A DNA stretch of 64,000 bases from the sequence record NC_017972.1; one strand, 5' to 3'. The position numbers were made by a program, and so were the translations under genes. Shown here piece after piece: positions 16,992 through 25,955 of the stretch. The notes beneath the pieces were generated by a model. The model had not been told where the DNA came from and did not search any database. It worked only from the letters and a program-made list of their open reading frames with translations. The number at the start of each line of letters is the position of its first letter. Positions within the stretch are counted from its first letter, which is position 1.

Positions 16992-17288
16992 TTATTTACG
17001 TTTCTTTTTGCGGGCTTTCTGCGACTTGCGCAATGCAGCTGCGTTCATCGCGGAAATCATTGCGGCACTGTAGACCGGGGCACGGCCACCAGCCACCAAA
17101 TCTTCGTTGAGCAATTGCGCGAGGTCTTCTTTGCTCATGTCATCAATGCGGTCGAATTCCGCATCCAAATCTTCGCCGTCTTGCGTAGGCTCTTCGGCTA
17201 CGGCGTCGGCATGTTCTGCGCAGAATGGTACTTCGTCAATGTGGACAAAATGCGGAGTCTCGCCGCGCTTCTGTTGTACTTCTTCCAT
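16992..17288 (-). CDS. hypothetical protein (acidic core, basic tail)
   Basis: 98 aa ORF. Confidence 0.7.
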   Translation of the reverse strand: MEEVQQKRGETPHFVHIDEVPFCAEHADAVAEEPTQDGEDLDAEFDRIDDMSKEDLAQLLNEDLVAGGRAPVYSAAMISAMNAAALRKSQKARKKKRK

Positions 17289-17693
17289 TTACATTTTTCC
17301 TTCAACGGTCAATTCGTATTTAAAACCATCGCCAGATTTGCGACGGCGGCGCTTTGCCACAACCAATTCAAGCGTAAGAACCCTGTCTTCGCCTGCGGCT
17401 TCCAGTTTGACGGTCGCACCCACTGCTAGGCCCGGTGCAAGGTCGCTAGCGTGGGAAAAGAATTCGAGCACAAAAGATGCCGTCATTTTCTTTTGCTTGA
17501 AGTTGGTTTCAAACAGCAAAACGGTACACATGTGATGCCCGCGATCATGCGCCAGCATCACGTCCCGCTCGATAGGCCACAGCGCGAAAAACTTTGCGAT
17601 TTCTAACGCTGCTGCGCCTGCATCATTTCTAAACTGTTCTGCACGGCTCGATACTCGTTGTAACTCAGTCCGTTTTTCCCGGCTGTTTCCCAT
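17289..17693 (-). CDS. hypothetical protein (start uncertain)
   Basis: 134 aa ORF overlapping the upstream gene. Confidence 0.6.
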   Translation of the reverse strand: MGNSREKRTELQRVSSRAEQFRNDAGAAALEIAKFFALWPIERDVMLAHDRGHHMCTVLLFETNFKQKKMTASFVLEFFSHASDLAPGLAVGATVKLEAAGEDRVLTLELVVAKRRRRKSGDGFKYELTVEGKM

Positions 17694-18247
17694 AAACTTC
17701 TCCAGACTGCCTCGGCTCCCAAACGTGAATACACGTAAGACAATGAGCGGCGTTTAACCATTTCATCGCGCAGTTGTTCCAGCGACCACGGACGATAATC
17801 CAGCTGCTCCATCGACATGTTGAAATAACGTCGATCTTTCACAATGTCGCCGTGCAGGTGGCCGTGTACGTTGATCTTGCCGCGCAAGTGCGCAGGATGC
17901 AGCGGCGCGTGTGACAAAATCATGCCGTTGATATTCAACAGGCTATGTACACTATTTACAGTTTTCAGCGACTCAATGAAAGCCACGTTAAACCGGCTGG
18001 TGCGTTCGGTATCGTGGTTGCCCAAGATAACGATTTTGTTTCCGGGCAAAGCGTCGAAGCGCTCCCAACCTTCGCGGGTGAATGCTACGTCGCCCAGCAC
18101 GTACATGGTAGCGCGTTTGGTCGAACGCACGGTGTCGGCAATGCGGTTCAGCACAAATTCATCGTGTGCTTCCAGCGACGGAAAATCCCGATACTTCGGA
18201 ATGTTTTCGTGACCTAAGTGCAGGTCCGAGATTAAGTAGGCTGCCAT
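17603..18247 (-). CDS. calcineurin-like metallophosphoesterase
   Basis: motifs SDLHLGH, LGDV, GNHD, SHAP, HGHLH. Confidence 0.9.
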   Translation of the reverse strand: MAAYLISDLHLGHENIPKYRDFPSLEAHDEFVLNRIADTVRSTKRATMYVLGDVAFTREGWERFDALPGNKIVILGNHDTERTSRFNVAFIESLKTVNSVHSLLNINGMILSHAPLHPAHLRGKINVHGHLHGDIVKDRRYFNMSMEQLDYRPWSLEQLRDEMVKRRSLSYVYSRLGAEAVWRSLWETAGKNGLSYNEYRAVQNSLEMMQAQQR

Positions 18248-18933
18248 TGGCTCTCCCGTTCTTTGTATTGCGCAAATCGTTTTCTGTTTTTGCCTTCGTC
18301 TTGGCGTAAGTCGTTGTGTTGGCCGTAAGCCGATTCAAGGCGCAGCGCCAGCGTCAGGTCGGCTTCCGTGTTGTGCGTTTCCGACAAGAAAAAACCGATC
18401 AAAGTTTCAATGTAGAAAGGCATGTCGCAAATGTTGATGTAAGCTGCTTGCCAATCGGCACGGGCCTTGCTGTTGTACTCGCACAAATCCTTGTACTTTT
18501 GCGCACGGTCGTTATTGTCGCGACCCATCACTTTCAGCGCCAGCACAAACTTAGGCGGGCCGGAAGCAAAGCGCATGGTACGGCCCATGTATTCCATTTC
18601 GTGAGGTGCCGGGATTTCTTGGCCGAAACTTATCGGTTTGAAAATGTAGAACTTCCCGTCGATCCACAGCGCCAGAAAACGCTCACGCTCTTTGCCGTCT
18701 TCGCCTGTGTAGTTAATGCAGGTGGCGCGCAGTCTTTGCCAGAATGTACGAATGCGTTTTTCGTAAACGAAATAGGCGAGGCGCTGGCGCAGACTAGGCA
18801 ACGGCTCAGCCGGGTAATAGCGAACTTTGCGCGTGCGGCCTAGATAGTCTTCCATTCCGGCGTAGTCGTCGCCGTAGGAAGTCCAATCGTCATCATCCTC
18901 TTCGATAATCTCGTCTTCAAATTCTTCGTTCAC
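18232..18933 (-). CDS. hypothetical protein with acidic N-terminus
   Basis: 233 aa ORF. Confidence 0.75.
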   Translation of the reverse strand: MNEEFEDEIIEEDDDDWTSYGDDYAGMEDYLGRTRKVRYYPAEPLPSLRQRLAYFVYEKRIRTFWQRLRATCINYTGEDGKERERFLALWIDGKFYIFKPISFGQEIPAPHEMEYMGRTMRFASGPPKFVLALKVMGRDNNDRAQKYKDLCEYNSKARADWQAAYINICDMPFYIETLIGFFLSETHNTEADLTLALRLESAYGQHNDLRQDEGKNRKRFAQYKERESQWQPT

Positions 18934-18977
18934 CGCGCAGCCCTCCTATCGTTGGTTATACCTACCATTTACAGTAA

Positions 18978-19016
18978 TGAAAAAGCCCCCGAATCCGCGA
19001 GGGAAACGAGGGCTTT
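18978..19016 (-). terminator. intrinsic terminator
   Basis: aaagccctcg/cgggggcttt stem plus T-tract after the DUF1353 gene. Confidence 0.7.
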
Positions 19017-19018
19017 GA

Positions 19019-19471
19019 TTAGGCGGCTAACACGTCGGTGAAATAGGTTGGATCATTTGCCGCTTTCTTGTCGTCTTCGCGGTCGAGGCCTTTGGCAATT
19101 GCGTAGGCGCGCACCGCTGCAAACATTGGATACTTCTGCCACGCCGGAACGTTGAGCACACCCATCGCCTCAAGGAAAATCAAATCGCCCGTTTTGCGCG
19201 TGACGTTCACGGCGCGACCGTTCACCATCACAAGGCGATAGCTGCAAATGTAATCGTGAATGACTGCGGCTTTTCCGTATTTGCCATTAGGCGGCAGCAT
19301 CCAGCGAATCCACCACGGCGTAGAAGCCAGATCGGTACGGTAGCCCGCTGGAACATTTACCTCAATTCCAGAACCGAGCATCCCGATAACGTAGGTGAAC
19401 ATTTGCCAAATGACGTAGTGGATTCCGTCGTCTTCAAATTCCGCAACAAGCGGTGTAGTAAAGCTACTCAT
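19019..19471 (-). CDS. DUF1353-family protein
   Basis: VPAGYRTDLASTP...AAVIHDYIC...DLIFLEAM pattern. Confidence 0.8.
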   Translation of the reverse strand: MSSFTTPLVAEFEDDGIHYVIWQMFTYVIGMLGSGIEVNVPAGYRTDLASTPWWIRWMLPPNGKYGKAAVIHDYICSYRLVMVNGRAVNVTRKTGDLIFLEAMGVLNVPAWQKYPMFAAVRAYAIAKGLDREDDKKAANDPTYFTDVLAA

Positions 19472-19485
19472 AAATTTTCTCCATG

Positions 19486-19519
19486 AAAAAGCCCCGCATA
19501 CCGCTAGGCACCGGGGCTT
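19486..19519 (-). terminator. intrinsic terminator (GCCTAG loop)
   Basis: aagccccg/cggggctt stem plus T5, just after the stop at 19523. Confidence 0.8.
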
Positions 19520-19522
19520 CGG

Positions 19523-20332
19523 TTACAGGTACGCTAGTGTCTGCGCTTCAAAATCCGCAAACGAATGCAGAAGCGTAAACGATACGTAGTCCGTAGTGGT
19601 GTAGACTGCGTTGGAAGTCAGCACTGCGCCACGCGCCAGCGATATAGCCGGTTCATCGAGGGCAACAATGCTAAACAACCATTGATTATTTTTCAGCACG
19701 GCAAACATCGGCTGGCCGTCAAACGCCAGAGACGCGACTACACATTTGTTTACGTCGTCATAGGCACAGGCGTGAACCGTTAGCCCGTCGATTTCCGTGG
19801 TGCCTGTAGACACAAGATTATTTAGGGTTCCTTGTAGGGATTCCACATAATCGCTGCGCACCAAAAGCACGTCCAGAATATCGTCACTAGAATCTGACAA
19901 CCATATAGCTCCGAGTCCGACACTTACTTCACTCCAATCAGAGCTGCGCAAAATAGTGCCTTGCGTAGTTCCGAACAGAGCTTCACCGTTTACGTTTCGT
20001 GCGCACACGACAGGAATAACAAACGCGTGAGCCAATGCCCAGCCATCCGCGCCTTTGACGTAGATGCCATCGGCTGCGACCGCGTAGAAACCATTAGCGT
20101 AAACAACATGCGAAAATTGTAAGTCTGAGGTACGTTTCCAATCGAATTTGTCTGAGGACTCGTAAACGCCAGTAGCCCCAATTGCAACGTAGATATTGGA
20201 ACCAAAAGCCAAGCCTAAAACAGAGTCAGGTAAAGATGCCGGTACAAACCCGTTGGATTGAACGTAAATTCCAGCTTGGTTAGTACCCGAACCACCGACA
20301 ACCAGCGAACGTCGCGGAACAGGTTTACTTAC
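19523..20332 (-). CDS. -1 frame extension (269 aa, beta-propeller-like) of the upstream structural gene, reached by a putative programmed frameshift
   Basis: frame open from the slippery site to TAA 19523; first possible start is TTG 20212 with no RBS; beta-strand repeats such as IYVAIG..GVYESSD..DW. Confidence 0.7.
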   Translation of the reverse strand, partial: VSKPVPRRSLVVGGSGTNQAGIYVQSNGFVPASLPDSVLGLAFGSNIYVAIGATGVYESSDKFDWKRTSDLQFSHVVYANGFYAVAADGIYVKGADGWALAHAFVIPVVCARNVNGEALFGTTQGTILRSSDWSEVSVGLGAIWLSDSSDDILDVLLVRSDYVESLQGTLNNLVSTGTTEIDGLTVHACAYDDVNKCVVASLAFDGQPMFAVLKNNQWLFSIVALDEPAISLARGAVLTSNAVYTTTDYVSFTLLHSFADFEAQTLAYL

Positions 20333-21249
20333 TTTTTTGTGACGTTCGCCATTACCTCAACGGACACCGGATCGCTGGTGCCGAACCGAGGGCGAGCCTC
20401 AAGTTTAATTGTGTAGATTCCCAGCGGCACGCCGGAGGCAGTACGCTCGACCGATGCCGGAATTGCGGCATTGAGTGGCTGGAATTTATATTGCTGAATC
20501 ATCTGCGTTACGCTGGCGTCAGCGTTGGTCGCAGAGTCGTCAATAATGCGGGTGCCGGTGTTGTACCAAACGAAATTCTGGCCTTTGCCGTCTTTGGTTT
20601 TTGCGTATTGCAAATCCCAACGAATCGGCTCCAGCGTGCCCTCGGGATCAACGTCCAGATAAAGCGAAATATCGTACATGTCCGTGATCAGCGGAATGTC
20701 GTCATTCAGCGAGCCAGCAGTCAGAGCAAAAGTCCAACTTTCTTCGCCTTCGATTTCGATATCGAAACCGCCTGCGTTGTCGCCGTAGTAGGTCGGATCG
20801 TTTACCTTGCGAACGGCCAAACCTAATTCGATATCGGCGTTTTTACCGATGACAAAATCATCAGCAGGATTGCCGATGCCGACCAGCATGTATTTCTTGC
20901 CACCGACTTCAACGGTGAAAGAAGTTTCTGCTTTGTTGGTTACGACCAGCGGGGCATAAGTCAGCGCGATTTGCGCAGGCGTCATACCGGGCGGGCCTTG
21001 GCAGATCAGCACGGTTCCGAAATACATGGAAATAACGGAACCATCGGCAGCGGATTCAATGTTGGAAAACACTGGAACATCCGACGAACCATAATGCGTT
21101 GCAACGGTTTTGCGGAACACACCGGAAGCGACGATTTCTTTCATTTCCGCTTCGGTGACTTGGATACGTCGAATGTTCGACGGATCACCCATATCCTGCA
21201 TGGCCTCAATAATCTGAGCCATGACACCGGAATGTTTCTGGATTTCCAT
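20329..21249 (-). CDS. putative virion structural protein ending in A_AAA_AAG-TAA
   Basis: 306 aa, beta-rich; GAGGA RBS; late-type motif TGTAATTTAAA 50 nt upstream. Confidence 0.75.
   Translation of the reverse strand: MEIQKHSGVMAQIIEAMQDMGDPSNIRRIQVTEAEMKEIVASGVFRKTVATHYGSSDVPVFSNIESAADGSVISMYFGTVLICQGPPGMTPAQIALTYAPLVVTNKAETSFTVEVGGKKYMLVGIGNPADDFVIGKNADIELGLAVRKVNDPTYYGDNAGGFDIEIEGEESWTFALTAGSLNDDIPLITDMYDISLYLDVDPEGTLEPIRWDLQYAKTKDGKGQNFVWYNTGTRIIDDSATNADASVTQMIQQYKFQPLNAAIPASVERTASGVPLGIYTIKLEARPRFGTSDPVSVEVMANVTKK
20332..20338 (-). other. -1 ribosomal slippery heptamer A_AAA_AAG
   Basis: ACA AAA AAG TAA in the 0 frame; -1 frame reads AAA AAA GTA AGT AAA CCT... without a stop. Confidence 0.75.
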
Positions 21250-21298
21250 GTGTGGATTTCCTCGGTTGCTGAATTATGGGATTGTTAGTCCCTCCACC

Positions 21299-21309
21299 TT
21301 TAAATTACA
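21299..21309 (-). promoter_or_regulatory. candidate late promoter TGTAATTTAAA
   Basis: identical 11-mer upstream of sheath 2 (56132-56142); variants upstream of other late genes. Confidence 0.55.
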
Positions 21310-21616
21310 CGCAATTCGCTGCAATTTCACTGAGCGGGTTCAGCTTATGAAACTCTGCCAAAGCGCGTCCGCATTTGGGGCAGAAGTTCAGCGGAATAAT
21401 CGTTTTAACGTCATACCGCAATTGCATTGGCGGCAGCTTCTCTGTGGACTTGTAGGACCGGGCGTGTTCCTTGATAGCAGAGTGCCACGCCGTTGCAGAA
21501 ATGTCCTGAATGTCACCGACCTTAAAACCGACTACGCATTTGTTTGGTTCGCACGCAGGAATAATCCCCGCTTCAACATCAGCCCGGATGGTGGCGTTGC
21601 ACCGTGCCTGTATCAT
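21305..21616 (-). CDS. Zn-ribbon hypothetical protein
   Basis: C-terminal NFCPKCGRAL. Confidence 0.6.
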   Translation of the reverse strand: MIQARCNATIRADVEAGIIPACEPNKCVVGFKVGDIQDISATAWHSAIKEHARSYKSTEKLPPMQLRYDVKTIIPLNFCPKCGRALAEFHKLNPLSEIAANCV

Positions 21617-21851
21617 TCACGTTTCTCCGAAAAATCAAAAGGGCTTTAATGCTCTGCCACGTTACCGAAACCAGCAGCAAAGCGAGGGAAAGCATCAGCG
21701 CAACAAAACCAGCAAGATGCACTTGCATTCCATGTTCAAACATCCATGCGCCCATTGCATACGCTTCCCGTGAAAGCCGGAACGCTACGAAAAGGGATAC
21801 CGCTACAAAAACAACAATTGAAACGACCACCAGAAAACGCAGTGCGCGCAT
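21579..21851 (-). CDS. small membrane protein
   Basis: two hydrophobic helices. Confidence 0.65.
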   Translation of the reverse strand: MRALRFLVVVSIVVFVAVSLFVAFRLSREAYAMGAWMFEHGMQVHLAGFVALMLSLALLLVSVTWQSIKALLIFRRNVNDTGTVQRHHPG

Positions 21852-21864
21852 GTTTTATTTACCA

Positions 21865-22140
21865 CTAGAAAAAGGAAGGCGGTTCTACTTTGGAATTGCC
21901 GACAGCTTTATGGAATGCCCAGCTGCAACCTGCAACACAGGCAGCGGTGAGGAACGCAACAAAGAACAGCGGCAGGTAAATTCCCGCTGCAAAGGAACCG
22001 AATGCTTCGGCCCCAAGGTGCCGCATGGAATACAGGCGGTGCAGCAGCACAAGAATAAACGTGAAGGCTACGGAAGAGAACGACGCAAACACAGCACAGG
22101 CAACGGCATAACCGGTACGATTCATTTTGTTATCACCCAC
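21865..22140 (-). CDS. small membrane protein
   Basis: two long hydrophobic helices. Confidence 0.65.
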   Translation of the reverse strand: MGDNKMNRTGYAVACAVFASFSSVAFTFILVLLHRLYSMRHLGAEAFGSFAAGIYLPLFFVAFLTAACVAGCSWAFHKAVGNSKVEPPSFF

Positions 22141-22185
22141 ACGACAAAACGGGACTTACCCGCTAGGATAAACCCCGTTTCATTG

Positions 22186-22380
22186 TCACTGTTTTGATTT
22201 TGGTTTGTGCCCGCAGAAACTGCAATGGCCGTAGTCTACGTGATTGGCAGGCAGGTCACGGCAGGTCAAGCCGAACAGGCAAAAGATCGAAGGGATTTTG
22301 CGTTTCATCGCACCGCCCCACGGTCGCGCCCATTCGTACAGCCACCAGATGCCCAGCAGCAGAAGGAAAATGAAAGGCAT
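22186..22380 (-). CDS. small membrane-anchored Cys/His protein
   Basis: N-terminal TM, C-terminal CSFCGH. Confidence 0.55.
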   Translation of the reverse strand: MPFIFLLLLGIWWLYEWARPWGGAMKRKIPSIFCLFGLTCRDLPANHVDYGHCSFCGHKPKSKQ

Positions 22381-22509
22381 TAGATCAACTCACAAAGTAA
22401 CTTGTTGAAATTGGCTACTGCGCGCTCCATCGAGCGACCGTAGGAACAGTAATAACCAAAATAGTTGTAGGCCATGAATTCTCCGCGCCCGTCTGGACGA
22501 ATGCGGGTT

Positions 22510-22890
22510 TTAGATTTCGTGGCCTTTGTTGCTTTGTTGTCCTGTGGGCACATCGGGTTCGATCCTCTCAAAATCGCTGAGCATTCCGATAGGAACCATG
22601 AACGTATAACCGTTCGGTTTCTTGAAAACGACATGCGTGGCTACCGTGTCTGCGACAACCAGAACCATATCGGTTGTTACGGCGTCATACCATTCGTTTT
22701 CTTTGACGCGGAATTTCTTACCTACTTCGTAACCGACATGCAGCGATTTAGGGCCTTCTGGTGCAACGCTAACAGCCGGAGCCAGCGCAGGCGCCGACGA
22801 ACTGGAAGACGAGGAACCAAAAATATCACCGAAAAATTCCGCAACGCCGTCAAACAACGGCGTCAAATCAATGTCAAAATCGTCGCTCAT
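22510..22890 (-). CDS. hypothetical protein
   Basis: ATGA overlap with the dcd stop; GGAG RBS. Confidence 0.65.
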   Translation of the reverse strand: MSDDFDIDLTPLFDGVAEFFGDIFGSSSSSSSAPALAPAVSVAPEGPKSLHVGYEVGKKFRVKENEWYDAVTTDMVLVVADTVATHVVFKKPNGYTFMVPIGMLSDFERIEPDVPTGQQSNKGHEI

Positions 22891-23630
22891 TGTTTCTCCA
22901 GCATACGCGGCGCGGTAGGAACCGCCGATTGGTTCATGTATTTCCCTTTGCGGTCGGCGTAGGAAACTTCGCACTCTTCATCAGATTCAAAGAACAGAAT
23001 TTGTGCGCAACCTTCGCCAGCGTAGATCAGTGCCGGGCTTGGTGTGGTATTGGAAAACTCCAGAGTAAGCGAGCCTTTCCATTCTGGTTCCAGCGGCGTG
23101 ACGTTTACGATGATGCCGCAACGCGCATACGTCGATTTGCCGAGGCAGATAACTAATACGTCACGCGGAATGTTGAAGTGTTCCGGCGTGTTTGCCAGTG
23201 CGAAACTGTTCGGCGGAATGATCAGGCCTTGGCCGTTTGGAACGTGCTTCGTAACGAAATTGTCTTCGGTGAAATTCTTTGGATCGACAACCGCGTTATT
23301 CAGGTTGGTGAAAACCTTGAATTCGTTACCGCAACGAATATCGTAGCCGTAGCTGGAAACACCGTAGGGAATGATCGAGCGTTGCGAGCGCAGGCCGTCT
23401 TCGTCATCGTAGGCCTTGTAATCAACCTGCGAAATTTGCTTGTCAGAAAACGGCGAAATCATCGGCTCGTTTTCGATTTCAACAATGCTGTAGCTGCAAC
23501 GCGAAATCGACAAGGCCAACTGGCCTTTCAGCGAATCCGCCCAAGCAAAGAATTTCCCGTCCTGAAACAGTGCGTCGCGTGTAGGCTCACACATGCGCTT
23601 GATCCAACGATCCGCCTTAATCCCCGGCAT
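22887..23630 (-). CDS. dcd: dCTP deaminase
   Basis: [57 protein letters not shown]. Confidence 0.95.
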   Translation of the reverse strand: MPGIKADRWIKRMCEPTRDALFQDGKFFAWADSLKGQLALSISRCSYSIVEIENEPMISPFSDKQISQVDYKAYDDEDGLRSQRSIIPYGVSSYGYDIRCGNEFKVFTNLNNAVVDPKNFTEDNFVTKHVPNGQGLIIPPNSFALANTPEHFNIPRDVLVICLGKSTYARCGIIVNVTPLEPEWKGSLTLEFSNTTPSPALIYAGEGCAQILFFESDEECEVSYADRKGKYMNQSAVPTAPRMLEKQ

Positions 23631-23926
23631 TACAAATTCCCCGCTTGAATATCAGAAATGCGTTTCAGCATGATGTTGGTGACGTTGGCCGTGACGATAT
23701 ACGGTGCGCCGCTGTTGTTATAGGATGCTTTCAGCAAATCCTGCAACAAGGTATTCAGCAATTTGCTGGTTTCAGCGGCCTGCAACATGTCGCGACGTTC
23801 GTTCGCCATTTCCAGAATGCGCAGCACGCGATTTAGCGGCACGTATTGCATCAGTTCGCCAGACTGAATGCTAACGGTTGGAATCGCTTTTATGTGCTCG
23901 ATTGCTTCGTCGATTTCCTTAGCCAT
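23630..23926 (-). CDS. hypothetical protein
   Basis: 98 aa, TAATG coupling. Confidence 0.7.
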   Translation of the reverse strand: MAKEIDEAIEHIKAIPTVSIQSGELMQYVPLNRVLRILEMANERRDMLQAAETSKLLNTLLQDLLKASYNNSGAPYIVTANVTNIMLKRISDIQAGNL

Positions 23927-24159
23927 TATTCGCCAGCCTCACGCGCAGCTTTCATTACTTCGTGCGGCTCCAGAGCCAGCAGGTTTGCCTTGTCTTTAAT
24001 GCTTTCAAAGCAATCAAAAACTTCTGCTTTTTCTACAACCGGGTAGTTCTGCCCGCCAACGGTATGCACAAGGCCTCCGCACTTACGATCTTTCAGGGAA
24101 TTCCAACAGGATTCTACTTCGGCAAGAACTGCGCTAAGCCGCACGTATTTTTCAGCCAT
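23926..24159 (-). CDS. hypothetical protein
   Basis: 77 aa, TAATG coupling. Confidence 0.7.
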   Translation of the reverse strand: MAEKYVRLSAVLAEVESCWNSLKDRKCGGLVHTVGGQNYPVVEKAEVFDCFESIKDKANLLALEPHEVMKAAREAGE

Positions 24160-24343
24160 GAATGACTCTCCGATGAATGACGGTTAAAAGGCCGTCCAGT
24201 TTGTTCGCCGCGTCCTCGTTAGCCACGGTAATGCAGCTAACGGAATCGGCGTGTTCGATTTGGTAATCTATCTCTAACCTATTTACAGTTTCTGTGACTG
24301 CATCAGGCCTTTCGTAGTTATCGACGTAAATTTCAATAGTCAT
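24152..24343 (-). CDS. hypothetical protein
   Basis: 63 aa, overlaps neighbours on both sides. Confidence 0.6.
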   Translation of the reverse strand: MTIEIYVDNYERPDAVTETVNRLEIDYQIEHADSVSCITVANEDAANKLDGLLTVIHRRVIHG

Positions 24344-25605
24344 GAGAAGTTGCGGCTACTGGTATCGACACCGGAGCTAGACGCGCTCACGGTTTGTTTA
24401 GGGGCGGTTGTTCCTTGCGGGTTCCCGGCCTCGGTCAAAAACGGTCGATACAGGTAAAAGGCTTCTGCATATTTCGATCCTTTGATTAGAATTGTTTTTC
24501 CGCCAACAATGTACCGACCGGCCACGTCGTTTGGCGCTGCGCGCGCAGAACCTTTCGAGCCGGGGCCTTGTTGGTAATCGATGGATTCCATTGATTTGAT
24601 TTGCGTTGCGGCATACGTCATGACGACCATGCGCTCACTAAACAGACTGAGCAAACGCATATTCTGATAGAAAGCACGTTCGTAGTTTTCGTGAACGTTG
24701 AAACCTTCGTCCGGGCCTGTGCCGTAGTCCATGCCCGTATAACCAACGCGAGAACCGCGCTCTTTTAACAGGCCTGCTACTTCCGTATTTACAGGAATGC
24801 CAGCAGTGCCCGGAGCGTCAAGGTCCATCGATTCAATTGCGAGCTTTGCTTCCTCCGCGCCGAACGAATGGCCGAACAGCTTATAGCCGTAGTTGAGGAA
24901 GTAAGAAGAAAGACCAGAAACGCTTTTATCTTCTGCGGTCTGTACATCTACCACGTTACCAGAAACACCCGATCCATTTTTGTTGTGAACCAGTGTGTTT
25001 TTTGGTTGCTCTTTCAGCATTGCAATCAGGTCGCGATAGACCAGCGTGCCGTCCATGCGAACCATACGCGCCATGCAGGATTGCTCCGACGCAAAACCAC
25101 GCATCGCCACGTCTTCACTGAATGCAATACGCGTGGTATTCAGGTTCAACCAAACTTGGAAATCATCCGTCGCGCTCGGTCCCTCATAACGCAATTTGCT
25201 TTTCTCTGCGAGTTGCTGCATCACCGACGCGCTATGCCCTTCAAAAGATTCTGCATAAACAGCAGCAGAAAACTCAGGCGCATCGTAGATACAAATAACC
25301 TGCAAAACCTTGCCGCTAGAGTTACGCGAACGGGTCCAACCAAAAACGCGGAATTTCATTTCGGGCGCTTCATCTGCGCTGCGCCCCAAACGAATAGAAA
25401 TTTGTGTGCCTTCTTTCAGGTTCAAGTCACGGCTCAAGGTTTCCCCTTCATCGAACAGGCTCAACCGCATGACCGGCAAACCCATACCAAAACCTTCCAT
25501 GATCCAGATTTTTTCAATCAAGTTCATCGAAGGCGGCATAGGACTGCCCGAAACATCCAGCGTACAAAAAGCCATCCCTTCAATGTTAAGCGCCGCTTGA
25601 GCCAT
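24340..25605 (-). CDS. baseplate hub / tail protein (gp27/gpD-like)
   Basis: 421 aa; position after tape measure and LysM-like wedge gene; beta-rich hub-like sequence. Confidence 0.55.
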   Translation of the reverse strand: MAQAALNIEGMAFCTLDVSGSPMPPSMNLIEKIWIMEGFGMGLPVMRLSLFDEGETLSRDLNLKEGTQISIRLGRSADEAPEMKFRVFGWTRSRNSSGKVLQVICIYDAPEFSAAVYAESFEGHSASVMQQLAEKSKLRYEGPSATDDFQVWLNLNTTRIAFSEDVAMRGFASEQSCMARMVRMDGTLVYRDLIAMLKEQPKNTLVHNKNGSGVSGNVVDVQTAEDKSVSGLSSYFLNYGYKLFGHSFGAEEAKLAIESMDLDAPGTAGIPVNTEVAGLLKERGSRVGYTGMDYGTGPDEGFNVHENYERAFYQNMRLLSLFSERMVVMTYAATQIKSMESIDYQQGPGSKGSARAAPNDVAGRYIVGGKTILIKGSKYAEAFYLYRPFLTEAGNPQGTTAPKQTVSASSSGVDTSSRNFS

Positions 25606-25616
25606 GACTTTTCCCC

Positions 25617-25943
25617 TTAAATGGTAATCGTGTTTTGCGGACCAGTTGCCTTGGCACGTTGCAGGCGCGTAGTCATTTCGTTAATGTCTGGAATTTTTAG
25701 TTTGTTTCCTGCAATGACTTCCCACGTATCTACCAATCCGTTGTAGACAAGAATTGCGCGCCACCAATTGGCGGTGCGGTACGTGTTGAAGGAAATCAAA
25801 GCAGGGTTGAATTGCTCGGATGCTGTGACGACGTGCATTCGATACGACGTTACGCCCTCGATTGCTTCGTAGGACAAATCCAACAGCGGATCAATGCCGA
25901 AGGTATCGACGCGGACAAATTCGCTTTGTTTGTAAACAGGCAT
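25617..25943 (-). CDS. baseplate wedge protein, gp53/LysM-like
   Basis: PALISFNTYRTANWWRAILVYNGLVDTWEVIAGNKLKIP pattern. Confidence 0.7.
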   Translation of the reverse strand: MPVYKQSEFVRVDTFGIDPLLDLSYEAIEGVTSYRMHVVTASEQFNPALISFNTYRTANWWRAILVYNGLVDTWEVIAGNKLKIPDINEMTTRLQRAKATGPQNTITI

Positions 25944-25955
25944 AAAAACTCCAAA

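Noticed and set aside
22380-22634. 84-aa ORF as listed
   Set aside because: It overlaps 22510..22890 by 125 nt; at most a 31-aa ORF from ATG 22475 (GGAG RBS) is plausible, too weak to call
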